This document shows positions 11,601-24,606 of a DNA stretch of 64,000 nucleotides, in pieces. This DNA is from Ascidiella aspersa (taxonomy: Eukaryota), in assembly GCA_963924565.1 (NCBI GenBank), contig OZ004608.1, positions 33,170,001 to 33,234,000 of the forward strand. The letters are read 5' to 3'. The stretch's first letter is position 1; each line of letters begins with the position of its first letter. The notes beneath the pieces are model-generated. The model did not search any database. It was given only the letters and a program-made list of their open reading frames with translations, and was not told the DNA's origin. Both the position numbers and the translations under genes were made by a program.

Positions 11601-14600
11601 CAAAACAAATCTCATCAATTATGTCATCGTAAAAATTACACGAAATTAATTAGTGATTTCAAAGAGTCTATTTTCATCACTATAAAATGTAATACCATTG
11701 CAATTAGTACACTTGATTTCTGAGCTGTTTTTGGAGCGTTGAAAATAAATTAAAAGTGTGCTTTAATAGCTATGGTTTGCGGTGTTGTAATGACAAGTTA
11801 ATGGCGTGATTTAAGTGTACTACCTGTTTATTTATGTCACTATGTGCACGTAGAAGTATTGATTCAAACAAACTTGACTTGGACTATTCTGTTATCTGTG
11901 TTTCCTCCTAACAGGCAAAACGAGCAGCTCGATTATGTGCGCAAGAAGCACTTGGCGCAGAAGGAGAGGCGACTTGCAACTCAGCACGTGAAGTGGAAGT
12001 TTGTGAGGAAGAGCGTGGACGAAGGACAGAAGTTCGGCCTTCCAAACAAACTTAACGTAAGTAAAACATAAAAAGAAACTGACCGACATTTTGGGATAAG
12101 GTGGGCCGCTAGGTTGTGGCGAATGAACTGTAAGACAAGAAAAACCCAGGTTTACTTTAGAGTTTAGACTAAGGTAAAATAAAATAAAAAAAATGATCTA
12201 AAATGTTTAGTTTTTAGTAAAGTACTAACAGCATAAAATTATATGGGCCTAAAATTTATTTTCGGGACATATCATGTTTTTGTCGGAATTTTTGTGGACC
12301 AAGGACGTTAAAATCATACCCTAAAAATCTACTTCAGGGGTGGGCAACCTTTTTCTGTTCACGGGCTAAAACCAAACTCAGAAAGGTCTCTGAGGCAGGA
12401 AAATCTAACTGTGTAGACTTTACGCATCTCAATATAGCAACCGCAACGACTGTTAATCAGGGGTTATTTTGCAACTAAAAAAGGCTCCAACTACATGTTA
12501 CACTCGATCCACGAACAAGATTTGCGCAAAGCTTTTGCTTTTATGTAGTTAAAATAGCCAAAAAAGTATGAAGAATGGCCTCGTGTCTAGTTTGTAAAAA
12601 GGTAGCGGGCCGTAGGTTGCCGACCCCTGATCTAGTTGATAGTCTCAGGCCTATCGAAAAAGGCAGTTTAATTGGACGATCAACATTCCACATGTTTTCA
12701 AAATGTTACCGTTTGGTATCAAGCAAAGTCTATCGAAAAACATATCGTCAAAATTGGGATGCAAACAGCAAATCCCCAGTTTAATCTTAAAAAAGTTTCG
12801 TATATAGCGTACTTAACCAATAACAACATGCATATAGTGGTAAAATACGCTGCACGTGTCCTAATTTTTCTGTCAGTCTTTTTTGAGGACATGTCATATC
12901 TACAGCCGGGAACCTGGCAACTTCTACCTGATGAAATTACCACGGGGTTCTGAAGATACAATGTTTGCTCTTTTAGACTTTCGAAAATTCTTATTTTTTG
13001 TCCATTGGTTTTCGACACAACGTTCACAAAAATGGATCAGCCGCAGTTTTCCAGTCGATTTTACTTTTACAGAAGGGCTTTTAAGATTACGTACGTCAAG
13101 CCTTATTAAGTTTAGAAAAATAAAACTTGTCGGTATTGTAAAGTGTTTTGGAAATCGCTTCGGAAAGCTGCTGAATAAACAAACTGAATGGCGTGACCGA
13201 AACTTGAAATTACGATTTCGACGAAATTAGATTTTGGCTCGTAAATGATGCGTAATACCTGACAAAATGCAGGCCCAAAACAGTTTTACAGCTGTTTATT
13301 GAGTGATTAAGCTGATTGACATCCTCAGTGTAACAAACATTGTATTTTCTTACAACTTCAATAATAATGTGTGGTATTTTAAAGTTAAACAACACATCGA
13401 CAAAGTTGCAAAATAAACAAAAATGAATGATGGATTAGAAACCTATAGACGCACGGATTTCGTAGAAATTAAACCTTTTTTGTTTTGTTAGTTTTATGGC
13501 GCTACATCTCACAACTTTACAGCTAGAAACAGATAAACAACGGTTTAGAGATGTAAGCTAATTGACACCCTTTTTATTATGATGCAAAAGCTGTACTTTC
13601 TTAAAAAATCTATGTTTTGGGTTTTTGGAAAATAACTTGAAAAAAAAATCTATGTAAACAAACCTGAATGGTGTGATAGAAATTCGAAAAAAAGATTTAG
13701 GCTTTAGAGCTAAGAACGACTGCAACTCTGAGTCCAAATATTGATTTACAGCGTTTCAGTAAAGATTGTGTTTCGTTAGCTCTTTGGGGTGAATGCGGTG
13801 TTTTTCTTTTACTTTGCCATTTTTATCTCTTAAATAGAGACTCGTGATGCTCATTACCTTGGAATTTCAATTGTTTAGTGCATGCAAGTTTCAAAGCTTT
13901 GAAAAGGCACAAATGGGCAGGACTTTTACTTGGTCCGTTTTTTACCTCGTAACAGACATTTGCGACGTTCAGTTTACATTGGCTTTTGAAACGTTTTAGT
14001 TCAATTAAAGATGAAAATTTAAAAAATGCACAAATGGGCTGCATGTAGATTGGTCAATTCTCAGCCTTAAACGATACCTTTAACACTCGTAATATATTTA
14101 ATATTGTGTTGGAGGACGATCACTGTGTCAACATTTCTTACATAACGCTCTTTTATTACAATGCCGTTACGTAAACTGGTGTTCGCGCATTATAATGCCT
14201 GTAACCTTGTAACAGGAGGTGGATTGCACAAAGACGGAAGAGGAGTTGATAAAAGCGAGTCGGGCAAAGAGGAGGTTTTCTAAGAGCGAGCTGCGACGTC
14301 GCAACGAAGCGAGGTGGTTCATCTAAACCAGTGGTTGTCAAATTTTTTTAGCTTCCAGGACACCCCAAACATGTTAAATATTTCGCGGAACACTTTTATC
14401 AAATCAACAATAGAGTAACATTACAATCGCCCTTAACTCACGACAAAGTATACGTAAATGTCAAAGAATCGTGCGTATTTAAGTCAAAATGCTTGCGTGT
14501 ATGCCTATTGGTAATACAAATAGCTTATTTTATCTTTCGAGGCACACAGTTTGGGGAATCACTGTTTAGATTCTAAACACTAAATAAACGCTGCACTCCA

Positions 14601-15619
14601 TATAGTTGCATTAGAAGAGTTACGGTATAGAGTAGTTAAATGTGCTACCAGGATTAAACAAGGATGTGAATTAAACTTTAAAAACCACGAATGTTTTTAA
14701 TCTATCTGCCTAATTCAAAAACTTTCGCACAACAAACCAACGATGAATCTAAAGTGGCAGAAACAAAATCACGATTGAACGTTTAGGTCATACTGCTATA
14801 TTAACAATAATTATCGGTCCTTATATTGAAGGTTGTGCCTTATTGCTATTACGAAAATATAAAAATAAATGCTCAATTAAACAATATATATATAAATCTT
14901 CGCCGAGCTAATATAATTGTAATGTGTTAATCCTTATCAATGAGACTTTAAAATTTAGCTTGGGGCTAGTCGAAGTACATTGTAAGGCAGTGGTCGGCAA
15001 ACAGTGGGCCGCGGCCCAAATGTGGGCCGCAGAGGCATTTTTAGTGGGCCGCGAGTTACTTTTGGATAGTTTAGTTTTATCATGTAGCTGTGGGCCGCGT
15101 GATAGTCGTACATTCATTGCACTTTATTTTAAAAGTTGGTGTGGCATAGAATTTTTAAATTGGCTTAGCTTGGAAAGCCCTACGTGTCAAATGTGGCCCT
15201 GAGAGCCGAACGATATGTTTTGCCTATTTAACTATATATAAACGAAAATTTGTTTGCGCTTCGCGCGTATAACCTTTCTTTTATAGTATGTTTTACATTG
15301 CGACATGGCACTGTTTTGGGCATCAAGGCGCCGTGCAATGTTTAACCTTCAAATTAAATATCCTCAATCCGCAACTGTTTTGTAGTGGTTTACGTAGTGG
15401 GCCTTCAGTAGCTCTGAAAAGAGTACTTTGGGCCGCAACAAAAAAAGTTTGCCGACCACTGTTATAAGGTTTAAAATTACATGCGGTAAACAAATTGTGT
15501 AAAACGTCAAATCCCTACGTTAAAAACTTGTCGTTCACTGTTTTTTTAGATTCGAGTTCATGTTCGAACCGATCTCTGGCAGAAGATACGTCACTGCAGT
15601 GCCACATGTCAGAAGCTAG
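5618..15619 (+). CDS. Uncharacterised ~631-aa basic His/Arg-rich protein with a charged, probably helical C-terminal region (6 coding exons modelled)
   Basis: Exons 5618-5637, 7785-9164, 10244-10429, 11915-12056, 14216-14313, 15550-15619. All introns are GT-AG with matching phases (2,2,2,0,2); total 1896 nt, one open frame MMKTLPRIASPP...RYVTAVPHVRS*. AATAAA at 15850 and 15865. A possible extra exon at 12877-~12947 is unresolved, and the last two exons are less certain. Confidence 0.7.
6733..6963. mobile_element. Palindromic (fold-back) MITE, family A
   Basis: Left arm AATGGyTkGAGGTTGTAGTTAGACG...CCATACAGAAG and the reverse-complementary right arm CTTCTGTATGGGCTTTGATATTC...CGTCTAAC. Further copies at ~28021-28145, 40850-41024, 41160-41322, 51945-52103, 57130-57282 and 59505-59675. 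Confidence 0.75.
7785..9164 (+). CDS. Large low-complexity exon 2 of the His/Arg-rich protein
   Basis: Matches the 437-aa ORF 7855-9168 extended to the acceptor TTACAG at 7784. The donor GTAAGG at 9165 pre-empts the TAA stop. Confidence 0.85.
8464..8607 (+). repeat. Coding tandem repeat, 36-nt/12-aa unit x4 (KLHDKDGKVSSF, KLYDKDGKLSSQ, KLHDKENKRGSQ, ELHGESRNVPQQ)
   Basis: Periodicity visible in DNA (AAACTCyACGACAAAGA) and in the translation. Confidence 0.8.
10080..10195 (-). mobile_element. Truncated family B hAT-like element end
   Basis: CAGTGTT terminus followed by GACTT repeats, the reverse complement of the family B right end. Confidence 0.6.
10478..10821 (-). mobile_element. Diverged family B-related hAT-like element
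   Basis: Ends CAGTG...ACTTGTTTACAACTCTG (reverse of the family B left end). No clear TSD. Confidence 0.45.
12335..12629. mobile_element. Non-autonomous hAT (Charlie-like) element
   Basis: TIRs CAGGGGTGGGCAACCT / AGGTTGCCGACCCCTG; 8-bp TSD ATCTACTT/ATCTAGTT (7/8). Confidence 0.85.
14329..14564. mobile_element. Diverged non-autonomous hAT-like element
   Basis: Ends CAGTGGTTGTCAAA / TTTGGGGAATCACTG. No TSD seen. Confidence 0.5.
14988..15461. mobile_element. Non-autonomous hAT element
   Basis: Perfect 15-bp TIR CAGTGGTCGGCAAAC, internal TGGGCCGC repeats, TSD TTGTAAGG/TTATAAGG (7/8). Confidence 0.9.
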
Positions 15620-16559
15620 AAACACGACCGACCTGTATCTGAATATTATAGATTATTTTAAAGTGTTTCATTTTAAACGGTTATACTGCTTGTTTTAAAG
15701 CTGCAAATATCTCTAAAAATGTCACGCTAGATTCAAGCTTTTGCTTGACTATTTTTTTATTGTTTTCTTATGTTGTTGTAACAACGGCGTTATGAAACTT
15801 AGACGAAACAACAAATTGTCGTCGGTTGAGTTGTTGCGCCTGCCGCTTAAATAAATGTAAAATGAATAAAATAACGCAAAACTCCAAACAAACGAAAGTT
15901 GGAAAAGATATGCATACACAGCAGTTGTCCGATTAAACCTAAATGCGTTGGGTCGTGTTCTGTCTCCGATCATTTGCTAAAAACAGGTCCAAACATCTAG
16001 TGAAAAGCTCTAGCCACACTTTGCTTCGCTTAAAGCTATCACGTGCACGCTTAACCCCAAAAAGAGCAAATGATTTCAGAAAAAAATTGTCATTGTGGCC
16101 GCTAACAAATCAAACGGTTGGACACATACCACAATAATATATTTGCCCAAAATATTGGGTATCGGTTATGAAATTAAATACGCGGTTTCGAACCTCTCTA
16201 TAGTTTTGCTATATTGTGCATTTTTACAATAAAGATCATAAACAAAACTATTGATCTGTCGCAATATTACACTAGTTATTCATAAACTGGCAATACGTTG
16301 GACACGTTGGTGCCCATTCATATATATTGAATAACGCAGTTTAACTCGCCGCAACCAGGTTAAGTGGTGTTTTTTAGTTTTGCAAACATGGTATTTAACG
16401 CAAGGGTTTGATTTTTCATATTTTGCGATAAAAGCTAAAATCATGCATAAAATGGTCATTCAACCACTACCAATCTTCACATTGCATACACTGGAGTTTT
16501 AGCTGTAGGTATAAGCGTCGCGCCCTACATAGCAATACAGACGAGGTATGCAGCAGCAA

Positions 16560-16680
16560 ATTTGTCACTTTGGCGACCAGCTGACAGCAGCTTGTCATCA
16601 GGAAAGGTGTCGAAGCGGCTGCCACCGTGAAACTTATGTTGGTATATAAGCACAAGCAAGGTCGATTAGTTCATTGTATT
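16560..16680 (+). promoter_or_regulatory. Core promoter of MRLC gene 1
   Basis: TATATAAG at 16643-16650, ~100 nt upstream of the ATG. E-box CAGCTG at 16578-16583, followed by TGACAG and TTGTCA. Confidence 0.6.
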
Positions 16681-16746
16681 CACTGCTTGCAACATCTATT
16701 GGATTTTACTTCATCTTCGGACAAGACAACCACCAACTACTCAAAA

Positions 16747-19683
16747 ATGGTAAGTGGGTCTGCTTATGCCAGTATAACCAATGTTGAGGACTAGATTTGG
16801 CCAGATAGAAGTGTTACAGCAAACGAGTAGCATAACTGAAAACAATAAAAGTAATTCCTAAAGTGTCTAGTCGGTTTGGCTTTACTAGTGGAACCAAGAT
16901 TTAGGACTACATTTGACAAGCTAGATGTGCTGCAGTAAACCGCACTATAATCAACGAAGTGTAAAGTAATTTAAAAAATGCTCTAGTAAAACTTATTTTA
17001 GTAGAAAAACCAAGTAAATAGCCAATGATCGCCAGCTAAAGTTAATATTTGGAAGTCAACAATTTGTGATCCTTCAGATCAAACTTCAATACTAAAATTT
17101 GATTGTTTTAGGCTACAAACAGTTTTGTTCTATTAAACTATAAATCCCCGAATATTGACAGCATCCAACATAAACTGTAATTCGTTTAAACTTTCAAAGG
17201 CACCAGGACGCAAAGGAAAGAAGGAAGGAGGCAAGAAGACCCAGAAGGCTTCGTCCAATGTTTTCTCCATGTTCGACCAGAACCAGATCCAGGAATTCAA
17301 GGAGGTAAATGCAACGAACAAATGCGGACAGTGCAATACAACATAAAATAATGCTGCACCTATACCAGCTAAGCCAGTGGTTCTCAACCGCCGGTCCGCG
17401 TCAACTTTCCTGCCGGTCTGCCAAATATATTACAATTTTATAACCCAATTGCAAAATCAAGATGCAAGATGTTGAAGGCTTACCTATCAAATTTGGAAAT
17501 TTTTTGCCAGTTCCGTAATTTGCAGAATTGTGACATAACATAGAGTTGATGGTCTACTTTACACTTTATCAAACGTCACAATGCTGCAAGTGTTCTGCCC
17601 AACTGTTTATATTAATGGGTTACAGCTCGTTAAAATCTTAAAATTTAAGTTCATCATGGCTAGTTGCCATGTAGCTTAGTTAAATGCGGCAACTAAGAAG
17701 CTATTATCTCCCTTTGGTTCAAATAATAAGGAAAATTAATTTTGCTCAGGCCTTCTCCATGATCGACGCCAACAGAGACGGTTTCATCGATAAAATTGAC
17801 TTGAAGGACACCTACGCATCACTAGGTAAGCAAACCAAAGTAACTAAAGTTATATAAGTCAACTATAGTTTGAAAAATATGATTCAATGCACATATATAA
17901 AAAACAATAGGCCCTCAAAGCAAACAGAATAGCTAGCATTGGTGCCATTCTCTCGATTTTGGATTTTAAAGCGTATAGTCGGGGTTTAAGCAAGAAAATT
18001 AGGGTTTTTTTAATCAAATTTTCTGATATAACAGCAGCCTAACGAATATTCTCGTTTTTTCTAAACAGGAGTCCGTGACTTGAAGATGGAGAAGCTCGAA
18101 GCTATGATCTTGGAAGCTCCCAGTGCCATTAACTTCACAGTCTTCCTCAACATGTTGGCAGACAAGCTCCACGGTAAGCAAATGGTGACAGCTTTAAAAA
18201 TAAACCCTTAACTTCGCGACACTTCATTAGGTTAAAGACAGTTGTCTGATCTTTATACATTAAAAAAGAAAGACCGCCGTAATTTCTTTTTCCATCGATC
18301 ATCCACAAAATATCCAAGGTAATATTTGTATTTTTCGTAATATTCGTTGAGGTGCCATTTTCAGGAGTTAGTTCCAGAAAAAAGCAAGTAACACTGTCCA
18401 TGAGTTGAGTTTTAGAAAATGAATATTGATTTGTCTGAAAAGTTTAAAAAATATGTGCGCTACTGCTATTTGAACTTCAATATAGGTTTACATTTTGACT
18501 GTTTTCTTTAAACCTCACAGTATTCACAGTATTGCGAAATGTTGTTTCAAAAATTAAATTTAATTGCAATTTTACCCCGAGTGAATACTTTCCGCTACTG
18601 GGCGATAAAGCGCATTTTAATGCGGTGCGTCAATTCAACACTTCAGTCCAGTCGACCGATCAGCATAGTGAAAAGCTAAATCCAAAATTAACAATGCCCA
18701 TTAAGCTTCGGCTTTGACGACGAAAAATAACATCTTATCCTCTTTATTCAGGAACTGATCCCGAAGACACGATTGTGCAAGCCTTCAAACTGCTTGACCC
18801 AGAGAACAAGGGTGTGCTCCACAAAGACTAGTAAGTAGCGAACTTGACAATGTTTTGTTGTTGGGAGTGACAGGGTTTAAAGAGTATAAAGTTGCTGTTA
18901 TGGTCCTATCATTTATTAAATTTAAAGAAAATTAATAACAGTGTAATGAAGTAAGAAAAATGTTAGCAACTAAAACATGAAATGTGAAACTAATATCGGA
19001 TCGTTACGATGAGTAAATAAAATACTTTGTTACACACTAAAACATTGCGTTTTACAGATAAAACGATACATGTTTGATGACAAGATGTTTAATGTTTGTT
19101 TTTTGCAGCATCTCGCAATTGCTGATGTCCCAAGCCGACAAGTTCACAAAGGAAGAGGTAAGCAAAACGAAATTGCCAGCAAATGACCACATACCTCATC
19201 AGCGATTTTTTTTTAAACTGTCATATTGACGAAAAACCCAGGCATTTTTACAACATTTTGGTTGGTTTCGACCAATTCGCAAACCGACATTCTTATTTGA
19301 AAAAATGTTGTTGAGATAAAGCAGTGTTTCCTAATATTTTCATTACCAATCTAGTTTTCTGGCATAACGATTACCTCAAGTAAACTACAAAAAGCCTTAT
19401 TCTATATAAAATCTTGACATTAGAACTGCAAGCGAACATTAATAAATGCACGCATATGCCGACCATTCGTTTGGGTTACAACCGCGCTGAGTCGTATAAA
19501 GGAACCGCAGGGTGGCGCTGTTGTCGCACAAGGTCCTATAAAACGTTTTTGTTTTTTTCTTCAATTGCAACTCTGCTTTTACAGGTCGATCAGATGCTTG
19601 AAATCTCCCCTGTCGATGTTGCCGGCAATTTGGACTACAAGTCGCTCTGCTATATCATCACTCACGGACAAGAAGAGGAATAG
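16747..19683 (+). CDS. Mrlc: Myosin regulatory light chain, MYL2/MYL7 (striated)-type, paralog 1, 171 aa
   Basis: Exons 16747-16749 (ATG only), 17200-17304, 17750-17825, 18069-18173, 18752-18830, 19109-19157, 19585-19683; 516 nt, all GT-AG, phases 0,0,1,1,2,0. Contains [23 protein letters not shown]-hand [25 protein letters not shown] and C-terminal [25 protein letters not shown] at 19779. Confidence 0.96.
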
Positions 19684-20832
19684 ACAAGCAATCTGCAGAA
19701 CCCCCTACCTCCAACTCTATTTATGTTTGTTTTGTTCTGTATGTAAGCGACCCGCACCGTAGACAAATGTGCTTTAACAATAAACGCGCTTGAAACTTTA
19801 AAGCTTTGCTCACTGTGCATTGTTATAGTGTGCCACGAAAAATAAGCCTCCGTCTAGCAAACTCGAATACCCTGTTTTAAGTGCACGACTTACAGCTTTA
19901 AAACCTAACTGACTGTGATAAAATGTGTGCAGTAACAAAAATAACCGTGTACAACTGCAATGATTTCCTTTTTTAAAGTAAAACTTCGTGTAGCAAAACC
20001 TTTTGCCCAGTTTGATAAACAGGACCTCCAAAACTGTAACAAGGTGCTGTTTCTTTGGTGCCAAACGTAAGCCTTGCTGTATCAAACCTTGATTAACCAG
20101 TTTTAAAACAGCGTTTGTATTGAAACTGAGTCGTTGGTATAAATATGTGTTTTCACCAAAAACGTACATGAAACTGTGAAATTGTCACCAAGTGCTGTTT
20201 ATTGCCACGAAAAGCGAGCCTCTCGTTACTGGGGCCCAGTATAAAGCATCAAGTCATGAAAAAATGCGCCTTAAAAGCAATGTAGTGTGCGCAAACAAGA
20301 AAACGTACATGAAACTGTTAAAGCTGTAGCATGTGCTGTTTCTTTGCAACGAAATTTTTAATATTCAGTTATAAAAATTCTCCTTAAAACTGATATATAT
20401 AGCTTTTAAACCGTGTGCATGATTTGTTCGTCGCCCCGAAAATCGCGAATGTGTGTGGCTGTGTGTGCATGTGCGAAGGGAAACTGCGCGAAAAACGGGC
20501 ACGAAGCGAAACCGCTGTACGCTGCTGAAGCAATGTGCAACGTGCTGTCGTGACGTTTAAGCCGTTTCCCGGACGCTTGCGTGCCACTATTCGAGCCGAA
20601 CACCGCGCCGTTCTCGTTTGTAACCGAGGCGCCGCTTCACAATACAATTCAATATGTCTTGCTTTGACTCCGTCTGACGTGTGCAAAAAAAAACACAATT
20701 TGGTGGGTGTGCAAAAAATCTTTTTTTTTCATTGTCAGGAAGACAGTTACATGTCGATGTACTTGGTTCGCCTTGTATAGGCGTCCTTGTGATTTTTCGG
20801 TCGGTATCTTCTTTAACTTCTGTTCTTGCTAC

Positions 20833-21065
20833 CAGTGATGTAAACAAGTCATTTTGAAATGATTAAGTCGCAGTCAAGTTACTTGTAAAACAAACTAAGT
20901 CAGGTCTTTTTGAATAAATAACGAGTCAAGTCCCAGTCAAATTTGTCCGAAATACTCAAGTCAAGTCTTTTGCCCAAATGACTTAAGTCAAGTCAAGTCA
21001 TTTAAAAACAGTGACTCGAGTGCACTTAATCAAGTCATTCATTGACTTAAGTCACTACAACACTG
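20833..21065 (+). mobile_element. Complete non-autonomous hAT element, family B
   Basis: TIR CAGTGATGTA / TACAACACTG, CAAGT repeats, TSD CTTGCTAC/GTTGCTAC (7/8). Confidence 0.85.
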
Positions 21066-23586
21066 GTTGCTACTGCCACCTCAGTCAGTCCGCTCATTGT
21101 TTTTGGAGAATTTTCCGCACTGCCACGCGCCCCTTTAATTCGATTTTGCCGAAAAATGGCGACAGATTAAGAGAACCCGAGCACCAGCGCCGCTATCGGG
21201 AAGTCCTGTTGGGAGAAACGCCAGCTTTCGACCCTTTTGCCTCTACAGCGGTGGTCACCTCCCCTTTTAAGTCACCAAACAATTCTCGTATCTCCGTCTA
21301 AAATTGCTTAAATAGCAAAACCAAGTAGCCTAACTGATAACACAGTAACACAATACCAAAATATGAGTTAGTTTTACATTTAACTGAGCAAAGAAATAAA
21401 TTACAGTAATACATTTTATGTGTCCAATTCAGCATCCCCGCACCCCCTTGGAACAGTTCTCGCACCCATTGGGGTGCAAGCATCCCTGGTTAAGCCAGTC
21501 TCAGTCAGTTGTACTAAAAAAATGACTTTTAAATCATGACGGCCAAAAATCGTTATTGCCCAGATAGGTATTTTCTCTTTTTACCCGCTATTTTACCTTC
21601 ATTTACAAAAGGAAACAACTTAAGCCGAACAAATTCGAGTAAATGCTTCAAAGTAGTGGTTCACAACATTTGTAGGTGGGTGATGGTTCTGAATCTGTGC
21701 GTCACCATGCCCTGTTGCACTGTTTTCATTTTCCAAGGACATACAATGGTTCCGTTTTATATTTAAACTCAATTTGTTTAAAATGCTTACTGGTGTCATC
21801 ATCCAATGACAAATGCATTCGAACCGTTACGGGAAAACTGCACCAATTAATTATGAAATATGACACCATCTGAACCATGTCTCACTTGTTTGTTGTTAAC
21901 AAAGACCTATCGTGTTTTACTGGAAAACCATCAATTTTCCCAATATTATAAGTCTTTTCATTTTTTTAAATATTTGCAATAGGGCTGGCAAATATTTTCG
22001 ACAAGGGGAGCGTGATAACAAGATAATTCCTCAATGGGACGGGCCAAAAATAAGAGCTGAAATACACATATTAAGAAGTGTAAATCTTTTCATAATAAGC
22101 TGTAAAAAGTATTGTTTTGGTAAGGCAAAATAATTAGTCATGAGTTGAGCTTAAATTTGTACTTTAATGAACGAAGAACACTTTCGATGGTGGCTACTTA
22201 TGCCTATTTTCATAACTGAGCAAAGCAAGTCGACAAAACCTGCGTTTCGAAGGCTCAGCACCTTACATTTTGATTGCGGTAATTTAAGCAATGGTAAACG
22301 ATGCTCCCAATGATATCTGAAAAATATTAATAAGATTGAGCGTTCGGTTGCTTAAGTTTTGATGAACATGAGACACAATTACGAGCACATCATAGTGTTG
22401 TGTCTAATACAAGATTAATATTCTGCGCAAGTTTTTATAAAGTGTATAATATTTAGAAAAACTCTGCGATGTTTTTCCTGAACATTTCATACCGAGCAAA
22501 ATGCTTGGTTAGTGTTGATATAGGTTGTCCAAGATGCTTCTTTTAAATGCTCAAAAAAGCAAGAATATCTAAAAATAACTTGTTTCATTTAGTAAACCAA
22601 AAATCTATTTGCCCGGTTAGCACTCTCATAAACTGATCGTTTACTCTAATTTGCCTTTCATCCACGTGATTTTGTCATTTTTTCGTTTTGGTAAGGGGCA
22701 ATTTAAATTTCTTAGCGGTAACGAAATAAAAAGGCTATAACAAACGGTGCTTTCTAATTTTTAAGAATAAACGTATGTCCGTTCCTTACCGACCTTTCAT
22801 GGTCCGACATTTTCCAAAAAAAGTCTTTATTTTAGTCAATGACAGTTCAATTTTCATCAAAGGTAAATTATTTCCAAACGGCGCTTTTATTTTGACAAAC
22901 GGCGCTTTTAGAGTTTCCTAATAGCAATGGTTAATTCGCCAACGCCCACAAGCAATCGGATGCAAAATCGGGCGCAATTTGCCCGAATCTGTTTGATCCT
23001 TTTTCCTCTGATTACACGTTTTTTCCGTGTACCGGCCTCTTTCAAGTTTTTGTGTCGGCGCGCTTTGATAAGACCCGGCGCTCTTTGATGAGGCAAGAAC
23101 ACGGAGAAAGGGGCTAGATCGCGAAAAAACGAACGCTGCGAATCAGCAACGGGCCTAGGACATGAGGTCCCACGCCGGTTCAGCTTGATACCCAAAGTAA
23201 GGAATGCTCTGGAGTGTTTACCCTAAAAACACGGGCCGGACAATGTCCGCGGCGCACTCGCCATTGTACCAGCAAAGTGCCGGCGCTGGCGGGCGGTTTG
23301 AAGCGGTAACGCGATCCCCTGAACGCCATCAGTCGATACAGAAGCGGGTTTCGCGCCTCGCGGGCGAGTATAAGACGCAAGAAAGCGGCGACAATTAGCA
23401 GCTGACGAGTTTTGGCGGTGCGCCGTGTTTAGGGTGTAAACTTGTGCGACAAAGGAACGCCGCGGAAATATGCCCCCGGAGAAAGATTATACCTCGTCCG
23501 CGATCGTTTTTTATTGTTTTCCTGTCGCGAAAATAGGAAGATCGTTTACTTTTTTTTGCTTTCCCGATTGTGGGACAGGCGACACA

Positions 23587-23613
23587 ATGGCCAAGGTGGT
23601 GGCATCACCGCGG
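23587..23613 (+). CDS. Mrlc: Candidate alternative first coding exon 1a of MRLC gene 2 (MAKVVASPR)
   Basis: ACAATGG Kozak context, 9 codons, donor GTAAGC at 23614 in phase 0, compatible with exon 2 at 29575. Preceded by a pyrimidine tract and CAG at 23578. Confidence 0.55.
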
Positions 23614-24606
23614 GTAAGCAACACCGGTTTGACGGGAGTCAACGGCCGAAAACGTAAATATGCCAATTAAGGGTCGCTAAAGAAATGCCAGGAGGGGCAT
23701 CAACTTCTATGTTGATATTTTTCGCCATTAAACGCAATAATAAGACGGCGTTTGCTAACTTTTAGATGATAAAGGCCTATACTCATGGAATATCCAAAAA
23801 TAAGTGCGTTTTGACCTGGATTCTGCATTATCAAGATAAATGCAGCGTTTTGACCATAATAATGTGTTAAGCATAAAAACAGTAGAAAATTGCGTTAACA
23901 TACAGATCGTAAATCAAAAATGTGTCTTCATTACCAGTAAAGTCTTCATTACCATATAGAGTTTTGATCTGAATCATATGTTAAACATGAAAGAAAAGGG
24001 AATGAAAAATTGATTTACATACGGATCTTAATCGCAATTAAGTAAAGTCTTCATTACCAATGATGTCTTCATTACCTCCTAGGGCATTTACGGAAATACG
24101 ACGGCTTTCCCTCCTCAACAAATACCCCTAAAGCTCCCTGAGACAGGTTTTGTTGTCGCGTCTGTTGCCGGGACACTACTCAGGTGACTCTATTCAGTTG
24201 TCAGGAGGCTCGAAATAACAGCAGGGTTTCAGCGATTTACCGACAAACAGAGGCTCTATGTCGGCCAAACATGTTCGACTATTTGTGGACGGCGAGGGCC
24301 CACGCGGCTCTTAGAACAAACCGAGGCAAAACAAAGTCGTTTACCCTTGAAACTAGTCGCGTTTGTCCTCGGCTGTTACGGCAACTGGCTTCAGTTTGGG
24401 GCACTTGTCTCGAACGGTGTATTAGCGTGATTTGGTAACGGTCGCCAATGTTTGGGAATGCTGGTCGAACACACTTTTGCCGACAAGCAGCGACTGTTGC
24501 CCGCCAAACAAGCCAAAAGAAACTCGTGTGCCGCTATGGACACCCAAACAACAACCCGACTTCTCAATAGAAACACAAATTAGATTAACAGTCAAGCAGG
24601 TTAAAG

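Noticed and set aside
12877-13230. ORF as terminal exon of the His/Arg-rich gene
   Set aside because: In frame with the previous exon, but it turns AT-rich and intron-like after ~12950 with no good donor. Exons at 14216 and 15550 give a cleaner ending. Left unresolved.
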